Shown here: piece after piece, positions 52,863 to 63,960 of the stretch
How the letters are laid out: each line of letters opens with the position of its first letter
Numbering within the stretch: the stretch's first letter is position 1
NCBI RefSeq assembly: GCF_037042905.1
Contig: NC_087246.1
Span: 8,434,001-8,498,000, forward strand
DNA from: Lytechinus pictus
Lineage: Eukaryota
DNA length: 64,000 nt
Direction: 5' to 3'
Notes under the pieces: generated by a model
What the model saw: the letters and a program-made list of their open reading frames with translations, nothing else
Database searches by the model: none
Told to the model about the DNA's origin: nothing
Made by a program: the position numbers and the translations under genes

Positions 52863-55800
52863 TCACATAGTTTCAACAAGTCTACTGGGTTGCTTTCTTA
52901 CCCTGTCAGATCTTCTCAACCTGAAGCTGTCAGGTTTGGGAAAATCCACCTGATTCCCATTTGTTTCATTTTCCATACTACCCATTCGTTGAGATGGTTC
53001 TAGCATAGACAAATCTGCCCTAGTTTGAGGCTCCCTGGTACCAATACCTATTGGATCTCTACCAACATCATTGTATCTACTCTGTAACTTTTCTATCTCT
53101 GTATCTAAGTCAAACTCTGTACCTGGAGTTTCAGTCTCTCCATCTTCCTTTACTAATCTAGGCAACAATTGATCTACATGTCTTCGCCATACCCCTTTCT
53201 CAACCTGTACTTTGTATCCTAAAGGACCTTCCCTGTCTACTATTTGACCTGGTACCCATCTAATCCTTCCTACATAATCACGGGCCAAAACATGGTCACC
53301 TATCTCAAATTTTCGCAATCTATTGGTCTTCCTGTGTGTTTCTCTCTGCATGGTTTGCTCGTGTAATTGGCTCGCAAACCTTCTTGTGACGTTAGGGCGG
53401 AGGTTATCCAACCTACTACGCAAAGGTCTATTCAAGAACAACGCTGCGGGAGATTCGCCCGTAACCGAATGTGCGGCATTCCGGTATGCCAAAAGAAATC
53501 TGTCCAATCTCGACTGAACATTTCCTGCGTCTGATTTGGATGCTCTCAGTGCTTGTTTCACTGATTGTATGAAACGCTCGGCCTGCCCATTTGTACTCGG
53601 ATGATAGGGCGCGCTTCGCTTATGCACTATTCCATTCAACTTCATGAATTCTGTGAATTCCGCGGATGTAAACTGTGGACCATTGTCCGATACTAGGATC
53701 TGTGGTAGTCCAAATCTTGCAAATATGCTTCTCAATGCTTCAATGGTTTTCTCGGTAGTAATATTTGGCATAATAGTCACCTCTGGCCATTTACTATATG
53801 CATCAACAACAATCATGAACATCAGTCCTTCCAAGGGACCCGCAAAATCTACATGAATCCTCTCCATAGGCCGCGTTGCTGGGATCCATGGATGCAATGG
53901 ACTTGGCGATGGTTGCTTCTGAACCACCTGACATGTTTGACATTGCTTCGCCGCATCTTCAATTTGCGCATCAATGCCAGGCCACCATACATGGCTGCGC
54001 GCAATGGCCTTCATTTTGACTACGCCTAAGTGCCCTTCATGTACTTCTTGCAAAACTGCACTGCGCATTTTCAGTGGTACCACGATTCGCATTCCCCATA
54101 ACAAAATTCCTTTTTCTATGGTAATCTCGAATCTGCGCCCATAGAAGCCTTGCAGATCTTTGTCTGCTTCCGGTAACCGCTTAGGCCACCCATCTAGAGA
54201 ATAGCGCATTACTCTCGACAGTGTCTTGTCCTTGCGCGTCGCGTTGCGCAATTCCTCATAACTCATCGGTAAAGCATCTACGTGACAGATAGCTACATTT
54301 TCCGGTTCTTGAACATCCGGTTCTTCCTTTCTGTCAGGTAACCGTGAAAAACAATCGGCATTGGCATTCGCTTGGGATGTACGATATCGAATATCATAAT
54401 CAAAGCCTGCCAGGTACATCGCCCATCGCTGCATCCGTTTGGCTGCTAGAGCAGGCAAGCTCTTGTACGGTCCGAATATAGCTGTGAGTGGCTTATTGTC
54501 AGTCACCAGTGTGAACTTACGACCGAATATATACATGTGGAATCTTCTAAGTGCGAACACTATCGCCAACGCTTCTCTCTCTATTTGCGGATAATTGCGT
54601 TCTGCCTTTGTCAACGCACGTGAGGCAAACATGACTGGCCTTTCCTCACCACTCGCATAAATTTGCGATAGAACCGCCCCTATTCCTATCGGACTGGCAT
54701 CCGTGGCAACCGTCATCGGTAAAGTCGGATCAAAATGTGCAAGAAATCCCGATGATTTCAACAATGACTTGGAGCGTAGAAATGCTCGCTCTGCTTCGAT
54801 ATTCCACACAAATTTTCGTTCTGACTTCAATAAGTCTGTAAGCGGCGCGATTTCGTGGGCCAAATTAGGTATGAACTTCCTGTAATAGTTCAATAGGCCT
54901 AAATAAGACCTCAACTCTGAAACACTTTGTGGTCTTTCTAGCTCCTCGAGCTTCTTCATTTTGTCGGGGGTCTTATGTACTCCGCTCCTATCAATGACAT
55001 GCCCCAAAAACTCAATCGATTCTTGCGCAAACCTGCATTTCTCCTGCCTTAGAGTGAGATTTCTCTCTTCTAAGCGCGTGAGCACTTTGTCTAGATTCTC
55101 GTAGTGCTCTAGCTCAGTACGACCGGTTACTAAAATGTCGTCTAGGTATACTTGGACACCCGGGAGTCCTTGCAAAACTTGTTCAATCGTCTGCTGCCAA
55201 ATACTCGGTGCACTGGTAATTCCAAACACGAGTCGATTCTGTTGAAACAGACCCTTGTGGGTTGAGAGTATCAAATACTTCTTTGACTCTTCATCGAGTT
55301 CCAACTGATTGTACGCATGTGCCAAGTCTAACTTCGAAAAGAGGACCCCTCCATTCAAATTCGCTAGAATATCTTCGACATTGATATTTGGAGGAGGTAC
55401 CGGTTCGAGATTTGGATTCACTGTGGTCTTATAGTTACCGCAAATTCGTACGCTACCGTCTTTCTTGGGCACGGCCACTATGCCTGTGCTCCATTGGCTG
55501 TGCTCCACCTGGGTAAGTACGCCATTTTCTTGCAAGCGCGTCAATTCTTTTTCCACTGCTCCCTTCATCGCATAAGGTACCCGAAACGGTTTTGTTACGA
55601 CCGGCTGTGCATCTTCGCGTACTGTGATATGCGCCTTGACTTTTGTCAGATGGCCTAGCCGCTGCTCAAACAAGCGATCATGTTTGCCCAAAATCTTATC
55701 TAAGCTATGCACTGCCGTAACTGCCTCAGTACTTCGCGAACTATAACTAGTACTTCTACCAGACTGAGAGATTATTGCAGCCCAGTCTAACTCTATACAA

Positions 55801-57182
55801 CTCAACCAATCTCTGCCGAATAACACAAACTCGGTGTCTACAACGTACAACATCAAACTACCTCTGAAGCTCCCATATTTTACTTCTACCTCTATCTTAC
55901 CTCGAGGTACAGTCTCACCTGGACTTATTGACACGAACACCTTTACACTAGACTCTAGAGGAATATGAGTAAAATACTGCATATACATGCTGTACGGAAT
56001 TATACTAACACCTGAACCAGTGTCCAACTCCATAGCGATCTTGTGACCCTCTATCTCTACCTCTACTATTATTGGGGGTGGGGCATTACCCTCTGAATTA
56101 CCAACTGAGTGAACCTCATTCTTGAACATAGTAGTACGATCATAATCCTCATTATGGCCAGTGTGCCTATCATCATACCTATCATACTCTTCTTGTGTTT
56201 CATTTGCACCAACCTTCTTAACACTACTTCTCTTAACGTCTCTCTTTTGATTACTGTCTCTGTCTTTCTTTACATCAAATTTATACTTTTCACAGTCTTT
56301 GCTCCTGCATTTTCTAGCAATATGCCCCTTCTTTCCACATTTTCTGCACTGTCCTCGGAAGCTGCACCCTTTCGCCAAATGTCCTTGCTGTCCGCAACGA
56401 AAACACTCAAAGTCCTTGTGCTGGTTCTGCTGTCTTCCTGTTCCAGACCTCTTAGACAGGTGCGATGCGCCGGGATTGCCCTGACGCGCGCCGGGATAAC
56501 CCTGGCGCTGGCCGGGATTGCCCTGACCAGAAAACATTGATCCTGCTCTCCTCCTCTGATCAGCTACTGCGTGCACAGAAACACCATCTGACCCCGTTCT
56601 CATAGCTTTCGCTTCTCCCAGCGTGACCTCACGATCCAGGGCAAAAGACACAGCATCCTGGAATGACAAGTTGGGGTTCTCTGCTGACCTTTCCATCAAC
56701 TTTAAGGCTGTTCCTTCATCCTTAATTCCGCTGATAAACCTATCACGAAGCTGTTCATCGAGCTTATCAGCAAACTCACAATTCAGACTCAAATGTTTCA
56801 GCTGCACAACATAGTCTTTCGTAGACTCTCCCTGTGCCTGATCCCTTCGGATAAACTTTCGTCTTTCCGCTACAGTAATCGGTGTCTTCTTATAATGTCT
56901 GCGTAATACTGCTTTCAGCTCATGGTACGATTGATCTGCCGGCTTAGCTGGGGCTAACAAATCCCTAGCTCTCTTATAAACATCTGCTCCTAACGCATTC
57001 AGAAACACTGCCACCACCTTCCTCTCCAACGCTCTCTCCGCCGGAGTCTGCTGGGCGCCGCCCGGTGCAGTCGCCTGTGGGACCTCGTAGCCGTGCGCTA
57101 CCAAATGAAGCTCAAAGCGTTCGATATAACAATCAAAGTCCTCGTCCCCCAACTGTCCGAAATTACTCACATTTGCCATCAT
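52863..57182 (-). CDS. Gag-Pol polyprotein (2x CCHC, protease, RT, RNase H, integrase), 1439 aa from the first ATG
   Basis: CFRCGQQGHLAKGC, CRKCGKKGHIARKC, LDTGS, YLDDIL, TDASPIG, HEGHLG..CQTC, VDFAGP..SDNGPQF..GQAERF, GPLGY. Confidence 0.97.
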   Translation of the reverse strand: MMANVSNFGQLGDEDFDCYIERFELHLVAHGYEVPQATAPGGAQQTPAERALERKVVAVFLNALGADVYKRARDLLAPAKPADQSYHELKAVLRRHYKKTPITVAERRKFIRRDQAQGESTKDYVVQLKHLSLNCEFADKLDEQLRDRFISGIKDEGTALKLMERSAENPNLSFQDAVSFALDREVTLGEAKAMRTGSDGVSVHAVADQRRRAGSMFSGQGNPGQRQGYPGARQGNPGASHLSKRSGTGRQQNQHKDFECFRCGQQGHLAKGCSFRGQCRKCGKKGHIARKCRSKDCEKYKFDVKKDRDSNQKRDVKRSSVKKVGANETQEEYDRYDDRHTGHNEDYDRTTMFKNEVHSVGNSEGNAPPPIIVEVEIEGHKIAMELDTGSGVSIIPYSMYMQYFTHIPLESSVKVFVSISPGETVPRGKIEVEVKYGSFRGSLMLYVVDTEFVLFGRDWLSCIELDWAAIISQSGRSTSYSSRSTEAVTAVHSLDKILGKHDRLFEQRLGHLTKVKAHITVREDAQPVVTKPFRVPYAMKGAVEKELTRLQENGVLTQVEHSQWSTGIVAVPKKDGSVRICGNYKTTVNPNLEPVPPPNINVEDILANLNGGVLFSKLDLAHAYNQLELDEESKKYLILSTHKGLFQQNRLVFGITSAPSIWQQTIEQVLQGLPGVQVYLDDILVTGRTELEHYENLDKVLTRLEERNLTLRQEKCRFAQESIEFLGHVIDRSGVHKTPDKMKKLEELERPQSVSELRSYLGLLNYYRKFIPNLAHEIAPLTDLLKSERKFVWNIEAERAFLRSKSLLKSSGFLAHFDPTLPMTVATDASPIGIGAVLSQIYASGEERPVMFASRALTKAERNYPQIEREALAIVFALRRFHMYIFGRKFTLVTDNKPLTAIFGPYKSLPALAAKRMQRWAMYLAGFDYDIRYRTSQANANADCFSRLPDRKEEPDVQEPENVAICHVDALPMSYEELRNATRKDKTLSRVMRYSLDGWPKRLPEADKDLQGFYGRRFEITIEKGILLWGMRIVVPLKMRSAVLQEVHEGHLGVVKMKAIARSHVWWPGIDAQIEDAAKQCQTCQVVQKQPSPSPLHPWIPATRPMERIHVDFAGPLEGLMFMIVVDAYSKWPEVTIMPNITTEKTIEALRSIFARFGLPQILVSDNGPQFTSAEFTEFMKLNGIVHKRSAPYHPSTNGQAERFIQSVKQALRASKSDAGNVQSRLDRFLLAYRNAAHSVTGESPAALFLNRPLRSRLDNLRPNVTRRFASQLHEQTMQRETHRKTNRLRKFEIGDHVLARDYVGRIRWVPGQIVDREGPLGYKVQVEKGVWRRHVDQLLPRLVKEDGETETPGTEFDLDTEIEKLQSRYNDVGRDPIGIGTREPQTRADLSMLEPSQRMGSMENETNGNQVDFPKPDSFRLRRSDRVRKQPSRLVETM

Positions 57183-57198
57183 GACATTCCCCAACCAA

Positions 57199-57208
57199 CT
57201 CGTCGCCA
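57199..57208 (-). promoter_or_regulatory. Primer-binding site (tRNA-Ser(GCU)-like)
   Basis: TGGCGACGAG, 3 nt inside the 5' LTR. Confidence 0.75.
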
Positions 57209-57211
57209 AAC

Positions 57212-57423
57212 TGTTGTGTATTTATAGGGTTCTTTATAGGGAACATCCAGTAATCAGTCTCGAAGACTACAACTGTGTTTGATCAACGTTCATCTTTAAT
57301 ACGCACAAACTCTGGATTCACACTACATCAAGTTCGTATAACACGGAGTTCAATGAGTAACTATGTCGTTACTACGCTATCTATGAAGTGCCAACTGTAT
57401 CAATGCAATATGTATATCTAACA
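57212..57423 (-). repeat. 5' LTR
   Basis: Direct repeat of 52043-52254. Confidence 0.97.
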
Positions 57424-58456
57424 ATAATGGTAACTTCTGTGGTTCCTCATGAATGTTAACAGCTTTTGTCTTCTCAGTTGTGCCAATCCACTTCAGTAAT
57501 TCTGTTTCTGTCTTATGCATTGTAGACAGGTGCCTTGGATGTTTCTTCTGAGGACGTCCCCAAATTGACAGTACTGTGACTTACCCCTACTTGGATTCTC
57601 TCCAGTTATGTTGGAAGGAGAAGTGGCATTGCCAATTGGTCCTCAGTTATTATGATTGTCTCCATTGGTCATTACTGCATGCTTATGAGTAGTATAAGTA
57701 CTGACATCCATACCACCTTCAAGAGCAGGATATCTTACTCCAGTCAACGCCTCATCTGAAGATTCAGGAATGTAATAAGGGTCCTTTGTATCATCAGGTC
57801 ACTTTTGCCATCTTTGGATACATATTCTGATTCACAGGGCTCTTTAGTGGATATTGTTGTATTCGACTGCGACTTGCATAACTTTATTTAGGCAAGTTCT
57901 CAGCATCTTCATCTTCCTATTATTCACCTGTAGCCTTGTACTGCTTAAAAGATTGACACACACGTGATCAACGGGATCTCATATTATTCCCGATGAGACA
58001 TGTAGTCTTTTCTCTATGACTTATAAAATAAAGAGCAAATTTCAAACAGGTAAATTCTCATTTAACCTATTAAAGCTTTCCTTTTACTTACAAGAGCAGT
58101 ACAATTAAACACAAAATGACACCCGTCACCAGGCTCATGTGAGACACATAACGTACAAGATTGCAGACCCTGATTGGGCAGGTAACAACAATTACCAACA
58201 GGCAATCAATGATTTCTCTGCTCCGTCGCCGAACCTCAAAAAATATTTTCAAGGTTTTTTTTTTAACTCACTTTTCATGCCTGGGACTGATTGTCTTAAG
58301 TTCTAGGATGACTCTTTTAACGAGGAGAGCTGTCTTAGCCACACATCAGGGATTGCGCATAGTTAAGAAAATTCAATTTAACTCACTTTAGTCATAATAT
58401 GCAGTGACAAGACACAGAGTTATGCTTGAGTTACAGGACATGTTATTGAAGATTTA

Positions 58457-58720
58457 TTAACTTTGAGACCACGTTTTGCAAAGGTTGAATGGACTGATTG
58501 TCTTCAAGTTATCGGATGGCTCTTTCAATGAAGAGAGCTGTCTTGGGCACACAACATGTATTGTGCATGTTGAATGTATAAATAGCTGCCATGTAGCAGC
58601 TGAAGGCGCTGATGATGTCTTATTTGTTGTTACAACTACTCCATCCACAGCTACCTGGAACTCTGCTGCTTCTGTTAGCTGGCCACTGTACTTGATGACA
58701 GGGGAAGGCATTCCATCCTG
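58457..58720 (-). pseudogene. SAMD3-like C-terminal exon (copy G)
   Basis: ag|DGMPSPVIKYSGQLTEAAEFQVAVDGVVV... Confidence 0.5.
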
Positions 58721-59079
58721 AACAGAAATGTTAAAGAGATTTGAATTTAGTTTGGAGGGAAAAGATATTTTCATAGAGGAAAAGAAGGAGAAAATATGTG
58801 ATAGCATCGTTTCAAGTGGGACAAGTTTGTATGCACGGCACCTTGCAGGGTACATGTCTTTGATTGGCTGGATAAGTCACATGACATTCACATATACTAT
58901 GCGGACGTGGGTGAACCAGCGGCAACCGGAAATGCCGTCAATTATCATTACTGCTAAGATTAGCATGAATGACAAAAGCCACCACTTCCGCCCGTACACT
59001 GCAATGCTCACACGTTTGTGGAATGTTCCGGCAGGCAAATTAGTCTAATTAGCCTCTTTGTCTAGAACGGTAAGCCAGA

Positions 59080-60780
59080 TCTTGCTGAGTTAGAGGCTGC
59101 TGTCTTGAGGAACAGTGTCATATTCTTCAATCTCCAACGCTTCTCTGACTCTGCTGATGCCAGTAGGGGATATGGGTGACCAGTCTACTCTCAAAGGATC
59201 CGGTGATCATGCGTGTGAGGATGATCGATGATTGCAGACTTATCCTCGTCTCTCCTACCGTGGGCCTTGTGTTCCTTAATCTTAGTGTTAAGGAACGGCC
59301 CATCTCGCTGATGTAAACTTTACCGCATTCACAAGGAATTTGGTAAACTCCAGGGAGGTCCTTGGAATTGCACTTGTCCTTGTGGGTAGTGAGGGCAGGT
59401 TGAAGCTTATTTGAGGAGCTATGACGAACCTCAATGTCAGCTTCTCTCAAAATCCTCTGAATCTTGCGAGAGGCTGCTCCCAGATAGGGAAGTGCGACTC
59501 TCGCCATGGGCGCCTGTCCTGCATGAGGGTTCTGCGAGGGGGGAAGCTCAGTGCATCTTATGTGAGGGGTAGTTGTTACATTTTAAAACATGTTTGATAT
59601 TCTCAAGCTCACCTCTCAGGTGGATCTGGTCACTAACTTCATGGGCTCGTTTGACCTATTTTTTGATGGATCTCAGCACTGGTGGGTGGTGGAATGAACG
59701 ATAGTTCAAGTAACAATTAGTGTGAGTAGGTTTGTGATAAACCTGGTGGGATAGGGATCCCTGTGTCGTCCTTGTAATCTTTGTATCAAGAAAGGGGATA
59801 GACCCCATATTCTCCATTTCCATGGTGAATTTGATACACTTGTTTTGAGAGTTGAGGTGCTGTAAGAAATTGCTAGTTTCCTCAGCTCCATGTTGCCAAA
59901 CCACGAAAGCATCGTCCACATATCTAAGCCACACTTTGGGTTTGTGAGTTGCTGACTGGAGAGCCGTCTCCTCGAAATGTTCCATGAACATGTTGGCTAC
60001 CACTGGGGATAGGGGAGACCCCATGGCAGCCCCCTCCATTTGCCTGTATAATGTATCTCTTCATCTGAAGGAGGTGGAATTGAGGCACATCTCATCTCAA
60101 GCAGGTCTTGCATTTCTAGGGGAGACAACTGTGTCCAGTCAGAGAGAGTTCTGTCAAATTTCAATCTCTCAAGGATGATAGCGCAAGCATCCTTAACTGG
60201 TACACTCGTGAACAATGACTCAACATCAAAGCTGATGAGGAGGTAATTGCTAGAAACGGTCATCTGACAGATCTGCTCACGTGATGCTTGCCCTGACCAA
60301 CAAGAGGCTGTAAGTTGCTAGTCAAATTCTGAGCCTGTGCGTATGTGGGAGATCCTCTAGTAAGCACAATAGGTCTGAGCGGAGTATCTGGCTTATGAAT
60401 CTTTGGTTGCCCAAAGATTATGGGACATAGACCAGACGAGCTCCAGAGTTGTTGGTAAAGGGTCTAGACAAGACATCCTTCCTCTGGGGAGAGAGAGAAG
60501 CAGCCTACGTTCAATGGCCAGTGTGGGGTCTCTAGTAAGTTTCCTATAGGTCCCCGAATCCAGTAGTCTTTGAACCTTGGTCTCATAATCGAATCTGTCC
60601 ATCACAACAGGAGCATTACCCTTGTCTGCCTTGAGAATATGGATGGAGTTATCCTCTCGGACCGAGGTGGGTTAACCCGAAATCTGGATGCGAACTGTGT
60701 CTGATTGAGACCGAGTAAGATGTCTGAGGCTATATTCAATCTTCTGGATTAATTCTTTTCGGTTAACTTGTTTAGGAGCC
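59080..60780 (-). mobile_element. Second Penelope-like element (different subfamily), decayed
   Basis: KADKGNA, LISFDVESLFTSVP, GAAMGSPLSPVVANMFM, WLRYVDDAF, GVYQIPCECGKVYI. Confidence 0.9.
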
Positions 60781-61492
60781 ATGTATATATGTTCAAAAAG
60801 ATTTAATTACAAGATTATTTATTTGATAATGAACATCTCACTATAAAAGGAAAGGACTGTACATCTTCATCACAATACTGTCCCAACCATTCAACTCTAA
60901 TGTGAGTACACATGCAGCTGCATTTTCTTTGACATGAAATATAAAGAACGTTTATCCTTAAAAAAATGAACACATATTACAACTAGTTATGTATGTTATG
61001 ATATACAATTATTAAAACAAAATATACAAATAATTTGAAAAAGACATCAGCATTGATTACTTCTTGCTTGCAAAAAGTTTATAATTTCGCAGTGCTTAGT
61101 TTGTTTCCCCAAATTTAAATTTTTGATCTGCTTTTGATGAGTCCAAATGTTGCTATAAAAAATCATCTATAAGATGACCTGGACTATCCCTCTATAATCA
61201 AGTGAAAAGTTGTTAATTTACCAATACTCCATTTTTAATTTTTGATATCAATACAGTAAATACATGAAGATATGGTATATCTTAAAATTTGGGCCAACAG
61301 ACAATTTGTGTGGAATTTCCAAGATGAATGTTAACTTTTGCTTCCACCTACACTTACCGATACAAAGCCATTTATTTTGAAGGGTACCTTTAGTTTTAAT
61401 TCACCCAAAGTAGTTAAAACTTACAGTCTTCTATCACAAACTGATGAATGATCGCAAGCGTAGTTGTCTTTGTCTTCTTCTTACTATGAAAC

Positions 61493-61788
61493 CTAGGAAA
61501 GTGATTTATTTTTCAGCGTATGCACTTTTGACGACATCTTCCCTGAGTCTAAATCGACGAGTATCTTCTGATTCACTTCAAAGAAGTACTTCAGATTAGG
61601 TGGGTAGCTTTAGTCGACAGCATAAATCAAACCAATTAGCTAAACACAAGCTTTGGCAACACTGTCAATTCCATCCATCACTTTATGTCCCTCAAGCACA
61701 ATCACGACATCAGCAATAGGCTCTGAAGGTGTGTCTCCTTCCTTCCTCACCACGAGGATCTTCATACGACACTGGCCAAGTTCTTCCA
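61493..61788 (-). pseudogene. SAMD3-like C-terminus (copy H)
   Basis: [67 protein letters not shown]. Confidence 0.72.
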
Positions 61789-62036
61789 TTAGGTTCTCAT
61801 AGTCCTGAGCATCCTAGAATGAAATTTATACAGTATAAACAAAACAAAACATTTAATAATTGATAGAAAAAGTAGAAAAGAGTGCTTTGCGCAATGACGG
61901 TATGTGTCATTGGATATATTGGATAGTGATTTAGAGAACAAGCTGCGTATCTGAATAAACATGCGCAATCTAGAATCTGGGCATTCTAGATACCTTTTTT
62001 TTATCATGAAAATCAATAAAGCAAGTGCGACCTTAA

Positions 62037-62972
62037 GGACGTTCCACAGTTAAAGTGAAATCCATGTCATTTTCACCAAACTTTGCACATAGATACTTTA
62101 GAACCTTAATATTCGAAATATGCAAAAATTAACATAGGTCCATGTGCTTGATTTTTTGCTATAGAGCTTCAAAGTTCATCCAAATTGATGTTCTTAAGAA
62201 TTGCGCATTCAAAAGAATTTGGCATTTTTAGACCGCCCAAGATTACTACAATGAGTTTAAACCTCTATTACTCAGTCAAAATACATGAAAAAGTCATCAA
62301 ATTTCGCAAGAGAGTTATTAATTGAATCGTTAGAATGGAGAATCTATTTATAGTGCTATTTGTTTGCAATTTTAAGTTTAACAGCACTGTTAGTTCTTAA
62401 AAATGACGTAAAAGATAACAAAATCCCAATCTAAAAAATGCAAAATTTCAGTAACAAACTACAAACGTACAATAAATGCTGCACTTTATTCAAAATCCAT
62501 GTCATTTTCACCAAAATTTGCAGAGTTGTAGAGGAAGGTATACCTAAGAGGTACAAACATAAAAAAATAGGGGTTCATGTGCTTGTTTTTAAACTATCAG
62601 CATTTTTATTAGAGCAAATGTGCTTTTTAAAACACCAAAAATGCACCGAATGCTTAGTATCTATGTGAAGAAAAAATCAAAACCACTCTACCATTTATTC
62701 AAACTCGGGGTAATATTCGTGATTCTTGGCAGCACTGCAGAGTAAAGTATTTTGAAATTGTAGAGAATATTTTTTTGAATGGTCCATGGAATAATTCCAT
62801 TCTTTAGCCTCATGAAATAACGCATCAGATCTGCAGTTAAAGTGCAGAAGATGAGAAAAATCAGCTCATACCCGCAGCTAATTAATCACCTGTTCATCCA
62901 TTGTGACATCAGCGCGCAGAGTGTAAACTATGCGCAGATCATAATGCGCACAAACATAAATGTGGAACGTCC
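62037..62972. mobile_element. Kolobok-like non-autonomous element
   Basis: TTAA|GGACGTTCCACA ... TGTGGAACGTCC|TTAA, with an internal direct repeat AAATCCATGTCATTTTCACCAAA. Confidence 0.82.
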
Positions 62973-63430
62973 TTAAGATATTTGATATTCTGATCTGAAA
63001 AGGGGTAAATTTAAGCTCTCTCTTTCAAGCACTTTGTAGGAAAATTGTGATCTGGACGTGGATCACAGTTAAAAAAAGAGCTGATATGTTTCAATATTAT
63101 TACTTTGAGTTTTGACATAGGACTGGGACATTCTAAGAACATTTTGTCATATGAAAATTTCTCTTCCTAAACGCGAGATGGAACTTGTCGATATTCCATT
63201 TTTTGAAAAAGGGGCAGGTTGATTATTGCATTAAATATCTTATTTATTAATCTTATAAGCCTTATAAGAGCGCAAAATCTGTTAATATTATGGCTTAAAA
63301 ATCTTAATAAATTTATAGCACTTTGTAATGAAAAAGATGCATGAGTTAATATATGTTCAACAATCAATGCGAGTGCAAATCGCAAGCCAAAATTTTTGAT
63401 AACCTGTCATGAAAGGATGATTTTAAAAAG

Positions 63431-63550
63431 TGGTTCTGACTCTCGTCTTTCAAACAGAGGGTCGTGGATTCGAATCCTAGCCATGGCATGTTTTCCTTGT
63501 GGGATAACAATGCAATTCCCGTGTAAAACAAAATCATCAATAGGTGCTAT
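63431..63550 (+). mobile_element. tRNA-derived SINE fragment
   Basis: GTGGTTCTGACTCTCG...GGATTCGAATCC (A/B-box-like) with no complete cloverleaf. Confidence 0.55.
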
Positions 63551-63619
63551 TGACAGCTCATTACGAAAATAGTAGAAACTTTGTCAAATGGGTCAGAAGC
63601 CATCATTTCTTTCCAATTT

Positions 63620-63960
63620 GTGATCAAATTGCTTGCTTACAAAGACTCAACGCATCACCTTTCTTGGTCACGATCTGAATTTCGCTTAGCTTCATCGACT
63701 TTGGCATCGCTTTCTTGCTCACAAAATTCATGTGTTGCTCAGCGGTCCTCTCTTCACGGCTAGTACGCTCCATAGTCAGTAGGGGATGGCGAGACGGGTA
63801 TTCTGCTTGGTTGAACTTTTTGGCTTCATATGCAACAATGATATCATACTCTTGAACCTTCAGGCCCAAGAGTTTTGGTGCCCCTCCCCTTCCCCCCAAT
63901 TGGGAATGTCTGTACAATGAGGTGGCCATTTTACTTATTTTTGCTAATTTGGCAAACAAA
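63620..63960 (-). mobile_element. Decayed Gypsy pol fragment (RNase H-integrase linker)
   Basis: LKVQEYDIIVAYEAKKFNQAEYPSRHP...AEQHMNFVSKKAMPKSMKLSEIQ. Confidence 0.65.

Larger units (their letters stand above)
52043..57423 (-). mobile_element. Intact Ty3/Gypsy LTR retrotransposon (Mag/SURL-like)
   Basis: TG...CA LTRs at 52043-52254 and 57212-57423 (212 bp, identical by eye); ATAAT TSD (52038-52042, 57424-57428); PBS TGGCGACGAG; PPT AGGAGGGGAGAGAAA. Confidence 0.97.
51430..57930 (-). pseudogene. Tyrosine-recombinase-like family gene, N-terminal/middle part, interrupted by the Gypsy element
   Basis: Right of the LTR element: YCQF..PQKKHPRHLSTMHKTE..MRNH. Left of it: VLDKGEGELIAVYRP...YLKCY*CY*FIVKSELWKHKC, SDKLIMAFAEVL, SIAFKIGHSLKAC. 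Confidence 0.55.

Noticed and set aside
58800..58860. Hammerhead at the 3' end of the second Penelope
   Set aside because: GAAAC is present on the minus strand, but there is no CTGANGA box or convincing stem II.
63431..63490. tRNA gene
   Set aside because: Only A/B-box remnants are present with no acceptor stem; this is a SINE head.
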